From: a virus
IMG/VR virus record: IMGVR_UViG_3300035181_002074
Location: 64,001 to 128,000 of that record
Length of the DNA stretch: 64,000 bases
Reading direction: 5' to 3' (one strand)
The notes under the pieces are model-generated. The model searched no databases. It had not been told where the DNA came from and saw only the letters and a program-made list of their open reading frames with translations. Shown in pieces: positions 42,801 through 50,812 of the stretch (positions within the stretch are counted from its first letter, which is position 1; every line of letters starts with the position of its first letter). The position numbers were made by a program, and so were the translations under genes.

Positions 42801-42931
42801 ATGAGGCGTATACCAAATTGCCGAAACAGAACGGTTATTCTGAATGCAATTACGAAGATTACCCGAATCACAGCAACAGAACATCAAGTGCTATTAAGAA
42901 TCATCAATGCTGGGTTAAAAAGCTCAGCTAA
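36803..42931 (+). CDS. giant (2042 aa) LRV/HEAT-like repeat protein, putative internal virion protein
   Basis: Many (H/N)PN(L/T)P-type helical repeats; globular C-terminus with GWVR...IVEEFQSD. Confidence 0.65.
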   Translation: MPTNNDNVPDIDIRQATPPAMEQPQAINEELSPETDAEPTWQPHGDHWRNLSDQDATPEYLDSVAQQHIANPDFIDKYDSEKLAEHPNITPETLNNLYNHYSQDPDKHKYLEQLAAIHGNPNAPAAIHNTTLDNWLAQPNSDTASNASNPILNAALNHPNVPQEKVHQVLDRVISDPKNNNHLDASRADPAWLQNKYNEAKQAHDDNFHELSVSGRLRDSQKKISHYGNELIDHPNHTPESLSALHNQITTQGNGSAAERLLEKQPNLSHNQVEDLYNKFKPEEGSWSNITSRAFGHNNIDPAFLAHKALTGNDQEKEEALQSEKLPHETQKKITEDAIASGDSNTLAQLLENKSLPSELVHQIYNNSANEGDYARRKAFNHGNFPEHEVENAWNSSDKSRETTKQFLQRDVLPKSVLADIITKGKPVDAAKAVGHKSTDKDILDIAAKRKSKDVKAAIARHPLAAESNVQDYIKSGHVPADQYWAKFDSKLPPEDQAKMHQHYFDKLMTAAPNKKTDGLAGKSAINLYNSPHLTAEQKNKITEKALHESDSYNYGYDDRRAFLKVIGQAANDGNEEAIKKTFSGRGSIEALQLEKAHNPKVISTALDIAMGRAEDDRYSDNDRSGIASKIIANPNLSDDHVHSLLSNEDLDLTVAVADGAISKHLETKTPEQQQQFLNNLAQSGDHGKALVIANPSTPIEMKNQHINSLDSDHIAALAYTMGTRFGEMAKGLPEDTKLKLYSMPTSSRTPMFDRMKEAFSPEQTPLSTLLSSVPSTDMRHILKYSISDKYKFTADAVPVVLQKSPEAFDTYFDRMVSQHPHYSVRRDHPAHNHMKDTINSILPHLNEDNGVHAIIGMMTSEATRHSSESAKGAFNFLLDPAQSPFLDPAAREELIPMALKRDLFDDETKKQIFSDPAYQATLIANASTPPAVKANLIQSNLASGQASDAIWNAIKTEPRVFGSLDRDSDEQMFKSIINEGARRADHDTVANTFKEFLDSKSASSMAITSAMQNIQRNPAMGEQEKNKLILDSYNQMSKSRTNATFFRDRVAPALDETVANAMMATNDMRSLFNIAADKNSSDIFKDTINKIAVNADSLNDDQLGSMLDQMQDNASHLANLTPKNFINVVNASLRKDDVTAIAGTNALSSGIKYSKGRNLQTLSKAGLQRLDVLSQQLVVPPAADDINGQEIYKNKQTVHSGLAQTIMQTSTDLDTQVKAGLQIPDDYEGRVIRLNSDFLNSGDFLTKFSGKKWAGLAAASYFNQFDRTNQSAAADFLVKNYLPFKEDSGEHVGMILSSFSGSAQNIDPEFVHKLFDSQNFDQQLNAMNRMINHGQKYGFQNLPIEHIIDKFHSNVEQLVNGIDATTGAKYDATHPEYHNKIASAIKALIPASVYGGYNNEQSAEKRQEAIAKSSALANKVLSNPNTPIDVKQSIANSAHAIFDMHDGISKIPEESLNDLIANIVDHTTVTTNLSDMIRTPKVSASNTEKILTKSPEQARFMTDNPQMTPERMSLIGKHVLPNLSEFGHHHISEMSNEILTHAQTAGTIDLAIPLVGDMISQSGAGGNNLKYVIKDLSPLSDDHTQTLIRKYGFDAEQMLMAGHGGQKTYDDYVISGSTPSNVHAFIQHPLFDDRGVDLVMNNGRNVTDNIARIVKAGTKVSEAKFNQLTKEHSDVFEKNPNLLTSSPYVTYEKLNELHKKIAPTFDKFIRPGEAFPPTYTNIKYGSKVFRENYPQELPRGMTTLSNGDILKSHSARPEADRLQKAMQVIPPEGIAWAQFKKLHKQMENWPEVKALFMSKNNKPVMPEDVANEIAKKPEQQFHISYSTWDGGQRHSQANNLVVQVNTGEFFDKELGQDQKLWQFYQMIQQSANGAAGGHAGSHPVTPHTIGWVRIDVSSPESFIVEEFQSDFNQKLKKKVRDSLGSRDSFEYGGERYTAKEAEQYVDKISELFKHFNPISYDIVEKLARQQGIKQIYIHGQGVRRYLSGVNEDQHIAAFDEAYTKLPKQNGYSECNYEDYPNHSNRTSSAIKNHQCWVKKLS

Positions 42932-43158
42932 TATTCAAACATTCCACGTTTTTCACCCAAATGTATCTGAGTGTACTCATGGTAAATCGTTAATGTTTTC
43001 CCGTCAATAATAACTTCATGAAGCGGTGGCATAAGTATATGTAACGCTTCAGGCACTTTAATGCCAAGCCGAGCACTCTGTTCATATTCTTTGAATACCA
43101 TGGTATGCAAAAATACTAACAAGGTATTTTGCAATTTAGTATTATTTGGTGGCAGCAT
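42928..43158 (-). CDS. hypothetical protein
   Basis: Last gene of the reverse mini-operon; start set at ATG 43158. Confidence 0.5.
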   Translation of the reverse strand: MLPPNNTKLQNTLLVFLHTMVFKEYEQSARLGIKVPEALHILMPPLHEVIIDGKTLTIYHEYTQIHLGEKRGMFEY

Positions 43159-43402
43159 TTTGAGTAAACAGCATATAACCACGCTTGAATCTTTGCTCAC
43201 CAGCATCATCTACCAAAGTAGTCTCTACTTGAGCCAGCACGTATGGAGTATTGTTACGTTCAAGGCGGCTTTCGACTTCTTCTATGTCTCCCATGGACAT
43301 TGGTTCAGTATAAGCATCTATTTCTCGGATGAAAATCTTTTGATTTAAAAGATCATGTGAATCTTCGATAATTTTTACATTTTTGTATTGTTGTGCTGCC
43401 AT
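43142..43402 (-). CDS. hypothetical protein
   Basis: 86 aa, starts 1 nt after the upstream stop. Confidence 0.65.
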   Translation of the reverse strand: MAAQQYKNVKIIEDSHDLLNQKIFIREIDAYTEPMSMGDIEEVESRLERNNTPYVLAQVETTLVDDAGEQRFKRGYMLFTQNAATK

Positions 43403-43403
43403 A

Positions 43404-44045
43404 TTATGCTGCCTTTCCTTCTGCTACGTTAAACTTAAAGATATTCTTAATTGCGAATCTTGGGATACGGATAGTCATTTCAGCTTTTCCTAAAGCTACG
43501 TTAAGGTCTTCAACTCTCTTAATTTTCTTGGCTTTTGCGCAAACTGGGCCAATTCCAAGGGCAATTGAATTCTCGTCAGTCAATTTCAATCCACAGATAC
43601 CACAGTGGCAAACTCTTTTGTAAGAAGTAACCACGCGAGCAGTAACAGAACTGTAATTTTCGCTAATAACTTCAAGTACTTCTACGTTGTGGAACTTCTT
43701 CTCAAAACCAGCTTGAAGGCCAATTTTTACAGCCATCATGTGGTTTACGGTAATAATGTCGCCAACCGCCACAGAAGCGTCAGGATTAGCAGCTTTCACC
43801 GGAGTGGTTACTTCACCTTGGGACTGTAAAGTGCGTAAAGTAATATTGTTTACTACGCTTTGGGAAGCTGCAAGTTGTGCAGGAGATAAGATCCAACCTT
43901 TTGCAACATACGCAGCCATTCTTGCGAGAAAGCTATTTCTTTTGCTGTGCTCGGAAATCGCAGCGAAAAGCTCTTGGTTGGCTTCTAGGTAGAGAGCCTT
44001 AGTTTCAGATTGTTCAGCAGTTACTGGATTAATAATAAATTTCAT
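43404..44045 (-). CDS. DUF6011-type zinc-binding protein
   Basis: CGICGLKLTDENSIALGIGPVCA; ATG 44045 with AAGGA RBS (the track TTG start is the -35 box). Confidence 0.75.
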   Translation of the reverse strand: MKFIINPVTAEQSETKALYLEANQELFAAISEHSKRNSFLARMAAYVAKGWILSPAQLAASQSVVNNITLRTLQSQGEVTTPVKAANPDASVAVGDIITVNHMMAVKIGLQAGFEKKFHNVEVLEVISENYSSVTARVVTSYKRVCHCGICGLKLTDENSIALGIGPVCAKAKKIKRVEDLNVALGKAEMTIRIPRFAIKNIFKFNVAEGKAA

Positions 44046-44067
44046 AGTATGTGTTTCCTTCTTATAT

Positions 44068-44096
44068 AGATTATCACTATTCGAATCAGAAGTCAA
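44068..44096 (-). promoter_or_regulatory. sigma70-type promoter
   Basis: TTGACT-17 nt-(TG)TAATCT. Confidence 0.7.
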
Positions 44097-44261
44097 TAAA
44101 TAGTTTTGAGATAATGCATATTATTTTTACCAATAAAAACAAATGTTTATAAAATCAAAGCTAACTCCATAATAATATACACTTTTTGAGAAATCTATCC
44201 TAATACTCTTTGGTGTACGGGCGAATTATGCCCACAATAAACTTTTAAGGAGTTAAAACCT

Positions 44262-44717
44262 ATGTCAGTTTTCAAAGCTGCCGCTCACGTAAGAGAGCTA
44301 AAACAAAGATTGTCAATTTTATTGCCATCTTCCACTATTTCTGAATCATCTGATACAGATACAATGCCAACCCTCACTATTCAAACTGGTACTGAATACC
44401 AAAATTTGAAAATCAGTGTTGATGGAAACCAAGGACGTGTTGATGGTCTCGGACTTTCTCAACGTGCTTATTCACCACATGTTTGTCAACTAATCCAAGA
44501 GTCTGCTGCTGCTGCTGATGCTGCAAAAGCGTCCGCTCGTGCTAAAGTACTTGCAGGTTGTGCAAAACTGGGCATGAAAATTACTCTACAGCAAGCTGCT
44601 GATGCTGGATTATCTGCTAACTGGACTGCTGCTGTAGCTGCTGTAGCTGCTGACTCAGGTGCGACTACTATCGTATTACCAAGTGATGAAATCAATCCAT
44701 TAACATCTTCTCAATAA
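44262..44717 (+). CDS. putative virion/head protein
   Basis: Strong AAGGAG RBS, first gene of the capsid operon. Confidence 0.55.
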   Translation: MSVFKAAAHVRELKQRLSILLPSSTISESSDTDTMPTLTIQTGTEYQNLKISVDGNQGRVDGLGLSQRAYSPHVCQLIQESAAAADAAKASARAKVLAGCAKLGMKITLQQAADAGLSANWTAAVAAVAADSGATTIVLPSDEINPLTSSQ

Positions 44718-44728
44718 GGAGCTTCTAA

Positions 44729-45547
44729 ATGAAATTCTCCGATATAGAAATAGATCAACTATTAGCATCCGTAGAAGATGCTATGGCACAAGCTAGTAAG
44801 CTTGCTAAGTCTCAGCCGATGCAAAAAGATGCAGACGCTGATCAAGACGATCAGCAAGCTGCTCCAGCAATGGATGCCCAAGCTCCTGAAAGCGCTCCAG
44901 CAATGGACGCTGCTCCAGCTGCTGATGCACAAGCTGCTCCTGATCAAGACCAAGGACAAGACCAAGCCCCAGAAGGTTCACCAGAAGATCAAATCCAAGA
45001 TGAAGGACAAGATCAAGGCGAAATTTCTGATGAAGAACTTCACCAAATCTATGCGAGCATGGATGAAAATGAACTTCATAGGCATTTGACTGCTATTGAA
45101 GCAGCTCTAGGTGGTGGACAAGATCAAGGCCAAGAACAAGAACAACAAGCTCCAGAACAAGCGCCAGCAGCTGCTCCGGCACCTGCGTCAATGACTGACC
45201 AAATGGCGATGAAATCTGAACAAACTGTAAGTGACCTCAATAAATCTGAAACTAAAAAGCTTCAAGATGAAAATGATGCACTTAAAAAGTCACTTGATAA
45301 AGTAATTTCAGCAATGGGTAAAGCTTTTCAGCCAACTCGTAAAGCTGTAACCGATATCGAGTATATCCAAAAATCAGAGTCTCAAACCGACGAGCGTCCG
45401 CTCACTAAGTCTGAAACTGTGGCACAACTCAACAAAATTGTAAAATCTAACAGCCTCTCAAAAGCCGATAGACAAGCAATCAACGATTACATCCTTGCGG
45501 ATGGATCACAAGAACAAGTCAAAAAAATTCTCAAAGGGGGAAAATAA
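44729..45547 (+). CDS. scaffolding protein
   Basis: Acidic, low complexity, many KS(E) sites, directly upstream of the capsid gene. Confidence 0.75.
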   Translation: MKFSDIEIDQLLASVEDAMAQASKLAKSQPMQKDADADQDDQQAAPAMDAQAPESAPAMDAAPAADAQAAPDQDQGQDQAPEGSPEDQIQDEGQDQGEISDEELHQIYASMDENELHRHLTAIEAALGGGQDQGQEQEQQAPEQAPAAAPAPASMTDQMAMKSEQTVSDLNKSETKKLQDENDALKKSLDKVISAMGKAFQPTRKAVTDIEYIQKSESQTDERPLTKSETVAQLNKIVKSNSLSKADRQAINDYILADGSQEQVKKILKGGK

Positions 45548-45550
45548 ATA

Positions 45551-46939
45551 ATGGACTTAATTAAGCAACTAGAATCCCTAGTTAAAACCTTAGAGGCTGG
45601 AAGTTACAATTCAGCACCGGGACAATTAGTACAAGGATCTGCGCTTCAATCTGAAGATCTGTCAGCTGTTATGCATAATGTGTGTATCGCTTCAGATGAG
45701 ATTAAATTGCAGAAACTTTTCGGTAAGAAAAAAGCAAAATCTCTTACCATCCAATTCAATCGTCAGTTATCATACGGACGTTTGGGTGGAGCAGCTCAGC
45801 GCGAAGGCGCGGTTGGTAATACCAACGTAGGCGACTACGTTCGTGCTACAGTACCTATGTGCTTCTATTCAGAAGTACGCAGAGTGACTGAAGCAGCTAA
45901 CTTGATCGAAGCATTTGATGGTATCAAAGCAGAAGATCGCGAAGCTGAAAACGCAGCTGAAGTAATTGCTATGAACATTGAGTTCGACCTTTTCAAAGGT
46001 AAAGCAGACTTCTCTAACGCAGGTGTATTTGATGGTCATCCAGCAGCTATGCCTGAATTACCAAACATGCTTGGAGTTGACTCTCAAATTCGTCAATCTG
46101 ACATGCTTGTAACTACTCAAGACCTTATGTTCGCGTCTTACGGATCTAATCAATCTGTAGTTCTTGCTCAGAACGCTGCTCTTGACCAGATCGTAATTGA
46201 AGATGCTCGTCTTCGTGCAAAGTTGAACTTTTCACAAGCTAAGAATCTTTATGTAGATCCTGTAATCATGACTAGCTACAACAAAAAAGTTGCACTTGGT
46301 ACTGGTACTAACAGTATTCAACGTATTCAACTCGCTGGTTCTGCTCAAGACGTTTCTGGAGCTTCTCTCCGTCGTCAATGGACAGCTCACGGTGATGTTA
46401 ATCTTGAAGAGTCTCACTTCTTACGCGGTAAGACTTCTCCACTTCGTCCAAACATTGGTGGGCCTTCTGCTCCAGCAATCACTACTCAACCATCTTTCGG
46501 TGGTTCTGGTTCATTGATTACTGCGGGTACTTATGTTTACCTAGTAACTGCTCAAAGTGAAATCGGCGAAAGCCCTGCTACTGCTACTAACACAGTTTCT
46601 CCTACTACTGGCACAGTTGTTACTATGACAATTACTGCTCAGTCTGGAGTTAAGTTTTACAGCATCTATCGCGGAACTAATGCTAAGAATGCTAAGTTCA
46701 TCGGTAACGTTGCTGCAACTGGTGGAAACGTAGTATTTACTGACCTTGGTAATAAGGCTCCGGGATTCGTCACAGGGTACCTCCTAGACGAGAAGACTTG
46801 GGAAATGCATGATCTTGCCGCTTACAGTCGTAAGAAACTTGCTCAATCCGATCTTTCTACTCCAGAGGCCCATTATACCTTCACAACTGTGGCAGGATAC
46901 CAACCTCGTAAAAATGTAATTATCGATAATTTAATTTAG
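45551..46939 (+). CDS. major capsid protein (SPO1/Twort-like, with inserted Ig/FN3-like domain)
   Basis: KTLEAG...GSALQSEDL N-terminus, IEFDLFKG, TYVYLVTAQSEIGES insertion; strong codon bias; followed by a terminator. Confidence 0.9.
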   Translation: MDLIKQLESLVKTLEAGSYNSAPGQLVQGSALQSEDLSAVMHNVCIASDEIKLQKLFGKKKAKSLTIQFNRQLSYGRLGGAAQREGAVGNTNVGDYVRATVPMCFYSEVRRVTEAANLIEAFDGIKAEDREAENAAEVIAMNIEFDLFKGKADFSNAGVFDGHPAAMPELPNMLGVDSQIRQSDMLVTTQDLMFASYGSNQSVVLAQNAALDQIVIEDARLRAKLNFSQAKNLYVDPVIMTSYNKKVALGTGTNSIQRIQLAGSAQDVSGASLRRQWTAHGDVNLEESHFLRGKTSPLRPNIGGPSAPAITTQPSFGGSGSLITAGTYVYLVTAQSEIGESPATATNTVSPTTGTVVTMTITAQSGVKFYSIYRGTNAKNAKFIGNVAATGGNVVFTDLGNKAPGFVTGYLLDEKTWEMHDLAAYSRKKLAQSDLSTPEAHYTFTTVAGYQPRKNVIIDNLI

Positions 46940-46968
46940 TTAATAATCTAATAAAACAATAATTTAGG

Positions 46969-47001
46969 AAGCCTACTAGTCTATGATTAGTAGGCTTTTT
47001 T
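46969..47001 (+). terminator. rho-independent terminator
   Basis: AAGCCTACTAGTC-TAT-GATTAGTAGGCTT followed by T run. Confidence 0.9.
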
Positions 47002-47016
47002 GTTGACGAAAAGCGG

Positions 47017-47045
47017 TTGACTTGTCTTAATATTAATGGTATAAT
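47017..47045 (+). promoter_or_regulatory. sigma70-type promoter
   Basis: TTGACT-17-(TG)TATAAT. Similar 17-nt-spaced promoters at 47274-47302, 47888-47916, 48420-48448, 50778-50806 and 52364-52392. Confidence 0.85.
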
Positions 47046-47051
47046 ACTAAT

Positions 47052-47318
47052 ATGAAGAAGCCAGTCTTTATACCCAAAAAAATTGCAACCATGACTAAAG
47101 AAGCTGAAATTGTGTCAGCCCTTGCTGCACAGGGATTAAATACCCAAGCAATAATTAAAGCTTCTGGTTTATATAAAGATATTGTCAGAGCTGTTGCATA
47201 TCATTTCAATATTGTACTGCCAAAACATATTGCACCAGAGCGCAAACAAAAAGAATCAGAATTCCTAGAGAGGTTGACATCTTTCCATTTTCATGCTACA
47301 CTCCTATTAGGAGCCTAG
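47052..47318 (+). CDS. hypothetical protein (leaderless)
   Basis: ATG 6 nt after TATAAT. Confidence 0.65.
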   Translation: MKKPVFIPKKIATMTKEAEIVSALAAQGLNTQAIIKASGLYKDIVRAVAYHFNIVLPKHIAPERKQKESEFLERLTSFHFHATLLLGA

Positions 47319-47475
47319 TCATCGAAACTTTTAGTATTTATCACACCAATCAATTTTCTGGAAACGATACTTGGTTATACCAAGTATTATCTTTTAAATG
47401 GATTGAAAGTAGATATGGTGGTTACTGGCTTCGGTCGGGTAGAGACTGGAGAATTAGCTACGTAGAGGAGAAATT

Positions 47476-47643
47476 ATGTACCAAATAAAAACTGTTATTA
47501 ATGGCGAAGAAGTAATTAAAATGACTTGCGATGATCTGGGCGAAACCCAGAAATGGCTGTTACTTTACGAAAGCAGTTACGACACCTTTATTTATTACCC
47601 GCCGCACAGAGACCCATCCTTGAATGAAAGCTACGAAGGATGA
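47476..47643 (+). CDS. 55-aa hypothetical protein
   Basis: GAGGAG RBS; MYQIKTVING...; below track cutoff. Confidence 0.6.
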   Translation: MYQIKTVINGEEVIKMTCDDLGETQKWLLLYESSYDTFIYYPPHRDPSLNESYEG

Positions 47644-47771
47644 ACTACCTAGTTTATTTCTATAACCTCAGAGAGATGAGGAAATCATCGTATTATATCT
47701 GCTATACTTCTGACCGTAGTGCAACATGGGGAACTAAGGCTACTAATAAATGGTATATTATCACAGATTAG
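47640..47771 (+). CDS. 43-aa hypothetical protein
   Basis: ATGA overlap; MNYLVYFYN...KWYIITD. Confidence 0.5.
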   Translation: MNYLVYFYNLREMRKSSYYICYTSDRSATWGTKATNKWYIITD

Positions 47772-47777
47772 GAATTC

Positions 47778-47891
47778 ATGAAAACTAAAAAACTATTCCG
47801 TATTCGCATAAAGGGTAACTATTATAGTACCCACGCCTTATCTTATAAACAGGCAGCATTTTTTATTCGATGGCGATTAAATAAGTCTTGA
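47778..47891 (+). CDS. 37-aa basic hypothetical protein
   Basis: AGGA RBS; MKTKKLFRIRIKG... Confidence 0.5.
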   Translation: MKTKKLFRIRIKGNYYSTHALSYKQAAFFIRWRLNKS

Positions 47892-47931
47892 CTTCTGGGG
47901 TGATACATAGTAAACTACTATAGAGGTAGTT

Positions 47932-48423
47932 ATGGAAATTATCAAAGATCAAAACGGTTGGAAGTTAGGCAAGAAAGACAATGTTTTTTATCTAATCTGC
48001 CAAGATGGTGAAGAAATTCGCTATGGAACGTCTAAAGATAACGCCTTCCAGTGGTTTGATCGGGTCATAGAAAAAGGCTGGACACACCTAACTCGAAACT
48101 ATTACACCGTCACTGTGACCAACGGTAAGATTATTACTGGCAAACACCAAAACAATAGCGTAAGAAGCGATAAGCTCGATCAGTGGAGCAGCAGCGTGTA
48201 TTTGACCGCAGAAGAGGCCAAAGCTGCGATTAGCTTGGTATTACCCAAAGCCAAAGAAAAGTTTGAAGCCTGTCAAAGTGCCTACTTAGCTCTGCACAAA
48301 GAAATGGGGTTCTCTTCTGGTTGTAATTATGATGGCGACACCCATGGCATCTATAATGAATATGAATATATTTCGTTTCAGATGGATGGATTTCATTTCG
48401 AGTTTCCCCTAAATTGTTCTTGA
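47932..48423 (+). CDS. hypothetical protein
   Basis: GAGGT RBS, own promoter. Confidence 0.75.
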   Translation: MEIIKDQNGWKLGKKDNVFYLICQDGEEIRYGTSKDNAFQWFDRVIEKGWTHLTRNYYTVTVTNGKIITGKHQNNSVRSDKLDQWSSSVYLTAEEAKAAISLVLPKAKEKFEACQSAYLALHKEMGFSSGCNYDGDTHGIYNEYEYISFQMDGFHFEFPLNCS

Positions 48424-48454
48424 CTTCTTCCAAAGAAAGGTGTAAGATTTATAT

Positions 48455-48577
48455 ATGAGTGATATAGACAGTCCATTTTGGGATATTTTGTTTGATAATA
48501 ACCAGTTCTTTTTTTGCCACGATCCAATTGGTGAAAACGGTAATAGCTATCCGATGCTAGCAGTAGGAGATTGTTAA
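48455..48577 (+). CDS. 40-aa hypothetical protein (leaderless)
   Basis: ATG 6 nt after TAAGAT; stop overlaps next ATG (TAATG). Confidence 0.55.
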   Translation: MSDIDSPFWDILFDNNQFFFCHDPIGENGNSYPMLAVGDC

Positions 48578-49020
48578 TGACCCCAAAACAACTTAAATTA
48601 ATCTTAGACCAGCACCTTTTATGGTTACAAACTGACCCGAAGGGCATCCGTGCCAACCTTAGTGGAGCCGACCTTCGTGTAGCCAACCTTAGTGGAGCCG
48701 ACCTTCGTGGAGCCAACCTTAGTGTAGCCGACCTTCGTGGAGCCAACCTTAGTGGAGCCCACCTTCGTGGAGCCCACCTTAGTGGAGCCAACCTTAGTGG
48801 AGCCAACCTTAGTGGAGCCCACCTTCGTGGAGCCCACCTTAGTGGAGCCCACCTTAGTGGAGCCATAGGCATCCAAGTTTTTTGTTTGATGCAAAACGCA
48901 AAAACCTACGATTTATCCAAACAATATATTAAAATCGAATATTGTCAATATTATTCGGCTAAAAATCTGGTAAATATCAACAAAGTTTACAATGTTAGTG
49001 TAGTGGAGGAAGTAATATAA
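48577..49020 (+). CDS. pentapeptide repeat protein
   Basis: ILDQHLLWL...G.RA leader, then 14 A(N/D/H)L(S/R)(G/V) units. Confidence 0.9.
   Translation: MTPKQLKLILDQHLLWLQTDPKGIRANLSGADLRVANLSGADLRGANLSVADLRGANLSGAHLRGAHLSGANLSGANLSGAHLRGAHLSGAHLSGAIGIQVFCLMQNAKTYDLSKQYIKIEYCQYYSAKNLVNINKVYNVSVVEEVI
48652..48861 (+). repeat. 14 x 15-bp tandem repeat
   Basis: GCC(A/G/C)ACCTT(A/C)GTG(G/T)A units. Confidence 0.95.
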
Positions 49021-49196
49021 TGGAAATTATAGTAATCATTTTATTCATAGTAGTTATTGCTTTACTGAGAACCGATACCCCATCCTTTAAAAAGGTGCCG
49101 CATTGTAAATCGCATAAATGGGCTTACACTGAAGATAACCAACTTAAGTGTGATGTTTGTCATTACACCGCTGGACAGGATTCTGGTCGTGAGTAA
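49020..49196 (+). CDS. 58-aa membrane-anchored Zn-finger-like protein
   Basis: GGAGG RBS; [16 protein letters not shown] + CKSH...CDVC. Confidence 0.65.
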   Translation: MEIIVIILFIVVIALLRTDTPSFKKVPHCKSHKWAYTEDNQLKCDVCHYTAGQDSGRE

Positions 49197-49874
49197 GCTT
49201 GTAAGATTATATGGCGTATTTTCTGGGGAAACAAAATATATGATTCATTGCAATTATGCACAATACTCTTGGAGTGAATTTGTATTAGTATCGGATTCAA
49301 AATGCAGCTATACATCACCAGCTAGCATAGCCCATCGTTTATGGAATATACAAGTTTATGAGGGATGAATATTATATTCAAGTATGGCAAAGTGAACCGA
49401 TGATTACTATCACTAAGAATAGCGTTGAGTGGCATCGATGGGTGATCAGGTTTTTATGAAATCTTACTATTACATCCGAAAGCACACGTATGCAGACGCT
49501 GGCGACTTCCCTTATCACACGAATGCCATAGCATACTACCAGATTTTTAAGACACCCCAAGGTTTTTTGGGATCACAATCTAAGATTTGGTACAGGATAA
49601 ACATTTATGACGAGAATTAGGCCATCATTTCGGATTTTTAAGTATGACAATGGTGTTTATCGAGTTGTTGATAAACCATGGCATGACTACATGCCACATT
49701 CGTGGGCTTTTTGTGCTGGAAAAAAATGGAAAATTTCATATGCATCTTAAATGGAGTGTTTTCCGATTATCACAAGATGACAGAACGGTATATTATCAAA
49801 TCCATAAGTTTCGTAAAAATAAAAAAGGCGTATATGTTTATGCAGGCCACTTTTTCAGGATTGAATTTATATGA
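49189..49874 (+). other. chain of five overlapping aromatic-rich micro-ORFs
   Basis: 49189-49368, 49358-49459, 49456-49620, 49607-49750, 49740-49874. Confidence 0.5.
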
Positions 49875-50566
49875 TATTTAAAATAATGGAAGCCAAAATC
49901 AGACCAACCCGTGAAATGCCCTCCCAATGGCCAGATGTGTTACCAAATAATCCTGATGGAACTCCGCAGCGCATGCCGAAATATTACTGGGAAACAATAG
50001 ATGAATCCACCATTCCTGTAGATTCCGATTTATTTAGATTTTGGAAATTGATTACTGCTTTTTTAGACTCAGGCGCTTTTTTAGCTGGTGGATTCATGGT
50101 GGATTCATGGATGAGTAAGACACCGAAAGATATTGATTTGTACTTTAATTGCACTGAAGCCGTCAGAAAAACTCTTCGCCAAGCGTATGAATTTGGTTAT
50201 CATGTGACGGAAGAGCATTTATCTGCATTAGAAAATGGTGCTATGCAAATTATTTTAACTCATGATAATGGCTACATCCCGATTAATATCGTCAATGCTG
50301 AATACCGGAGCACCGTTCAGTCGTTCATGGAGCGCTTTGATTTAACTGCTTGCATGATCGGAATGCAGAAAGTTAAGGGGCAGTATCAAATCATAGCTGC
50401 CAGCGATTGGCAAATAAATTTTGATATTAAAATAATGAAATACAATTTTATTCATAACTGGATGGCCACCAAAAAAAGAACTTTAAAATATTCAATAAAA
50501 GGTTTTAAACTTGAGGAAAGTAACGGAATGGTAGTCTTAGGCGATGGAACCTCAAAATATTACTAA
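49871..50566 (+). CDS. nucleotidyltransferase (PolyA pol/CCA-head-like)
   Basis: FLAGG...PKDIDLYF...RFDLT. Confidence 0.7.
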   Translation: MIFKIMEAKIRPTREMPSQWPDVLPNNPDGTPQRMPKYYWETIDESTIPVDSDLFRFWKLITAFLDSGAFLAGGFMVDSWMSKTPKDIDLYFNCTEAVRKTLRQAYEFGYHVTEEHLSALENGAMQIILTHDNGYIPINIVNAEYRSTVQSFMERFDLTACMIGMQKVKGQYQIIAASDWQINFDIKIMKYNFIHNWMATKKRTLKYSIKGFKLEESNGMVVLGDGTSKYY

Positions 50567-50569
50567 ATT

Positions 50570-50803
50570 ATGATCAATACCCAAGATAAACTATTAGAAC
50601 TAATTGGAAATGTGTTTAAGGAATACAAGGACAAGCAGAAAAAGGCCCAGTATGCTTACCTACATGTTCACCCATCACTATTCGCACTGCTGCCAATTGA
50701 AGGAGATTATATTGCATTCCCGCAAGGACTTGAAACCATTGTTGTTTCCGATCCGTCGGTTTTTATTCAAATAACGGTTGACAAACCACTTAGCATGAGG
50801 TAA
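50570..50803 (+). CDS. hypothetical protein
   Basis: 77-aa ORF. Confidence 0.6.
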   Translation: MINTQDKLLELIGNVFKEYKDKQKKAQYAYLHVHPSLFALLPIEGDYIAFPQGLETIVVSDPSVFIQITVDKPLSMR

Positions 50804-50812
50804 TATTATTAT

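Noticed and set aside
48652-48861. CRISPR array or DGR variable region
   Set aside because: No unique spacers; no reverse transcriptase or template repeat in the window; variation includes a G/T position.
48393-48894. Minus-strand repeat ORFs (APLRW / VGSTK)
   Set aside because: Antisense shadows of the pentapeptide repeat.
49644-49874. 76-aa ORF as called in the track
   Set aside because: Better parsed as coupled ORFs 49607-49750 and 49740-49874, each with an SD-like sequence.
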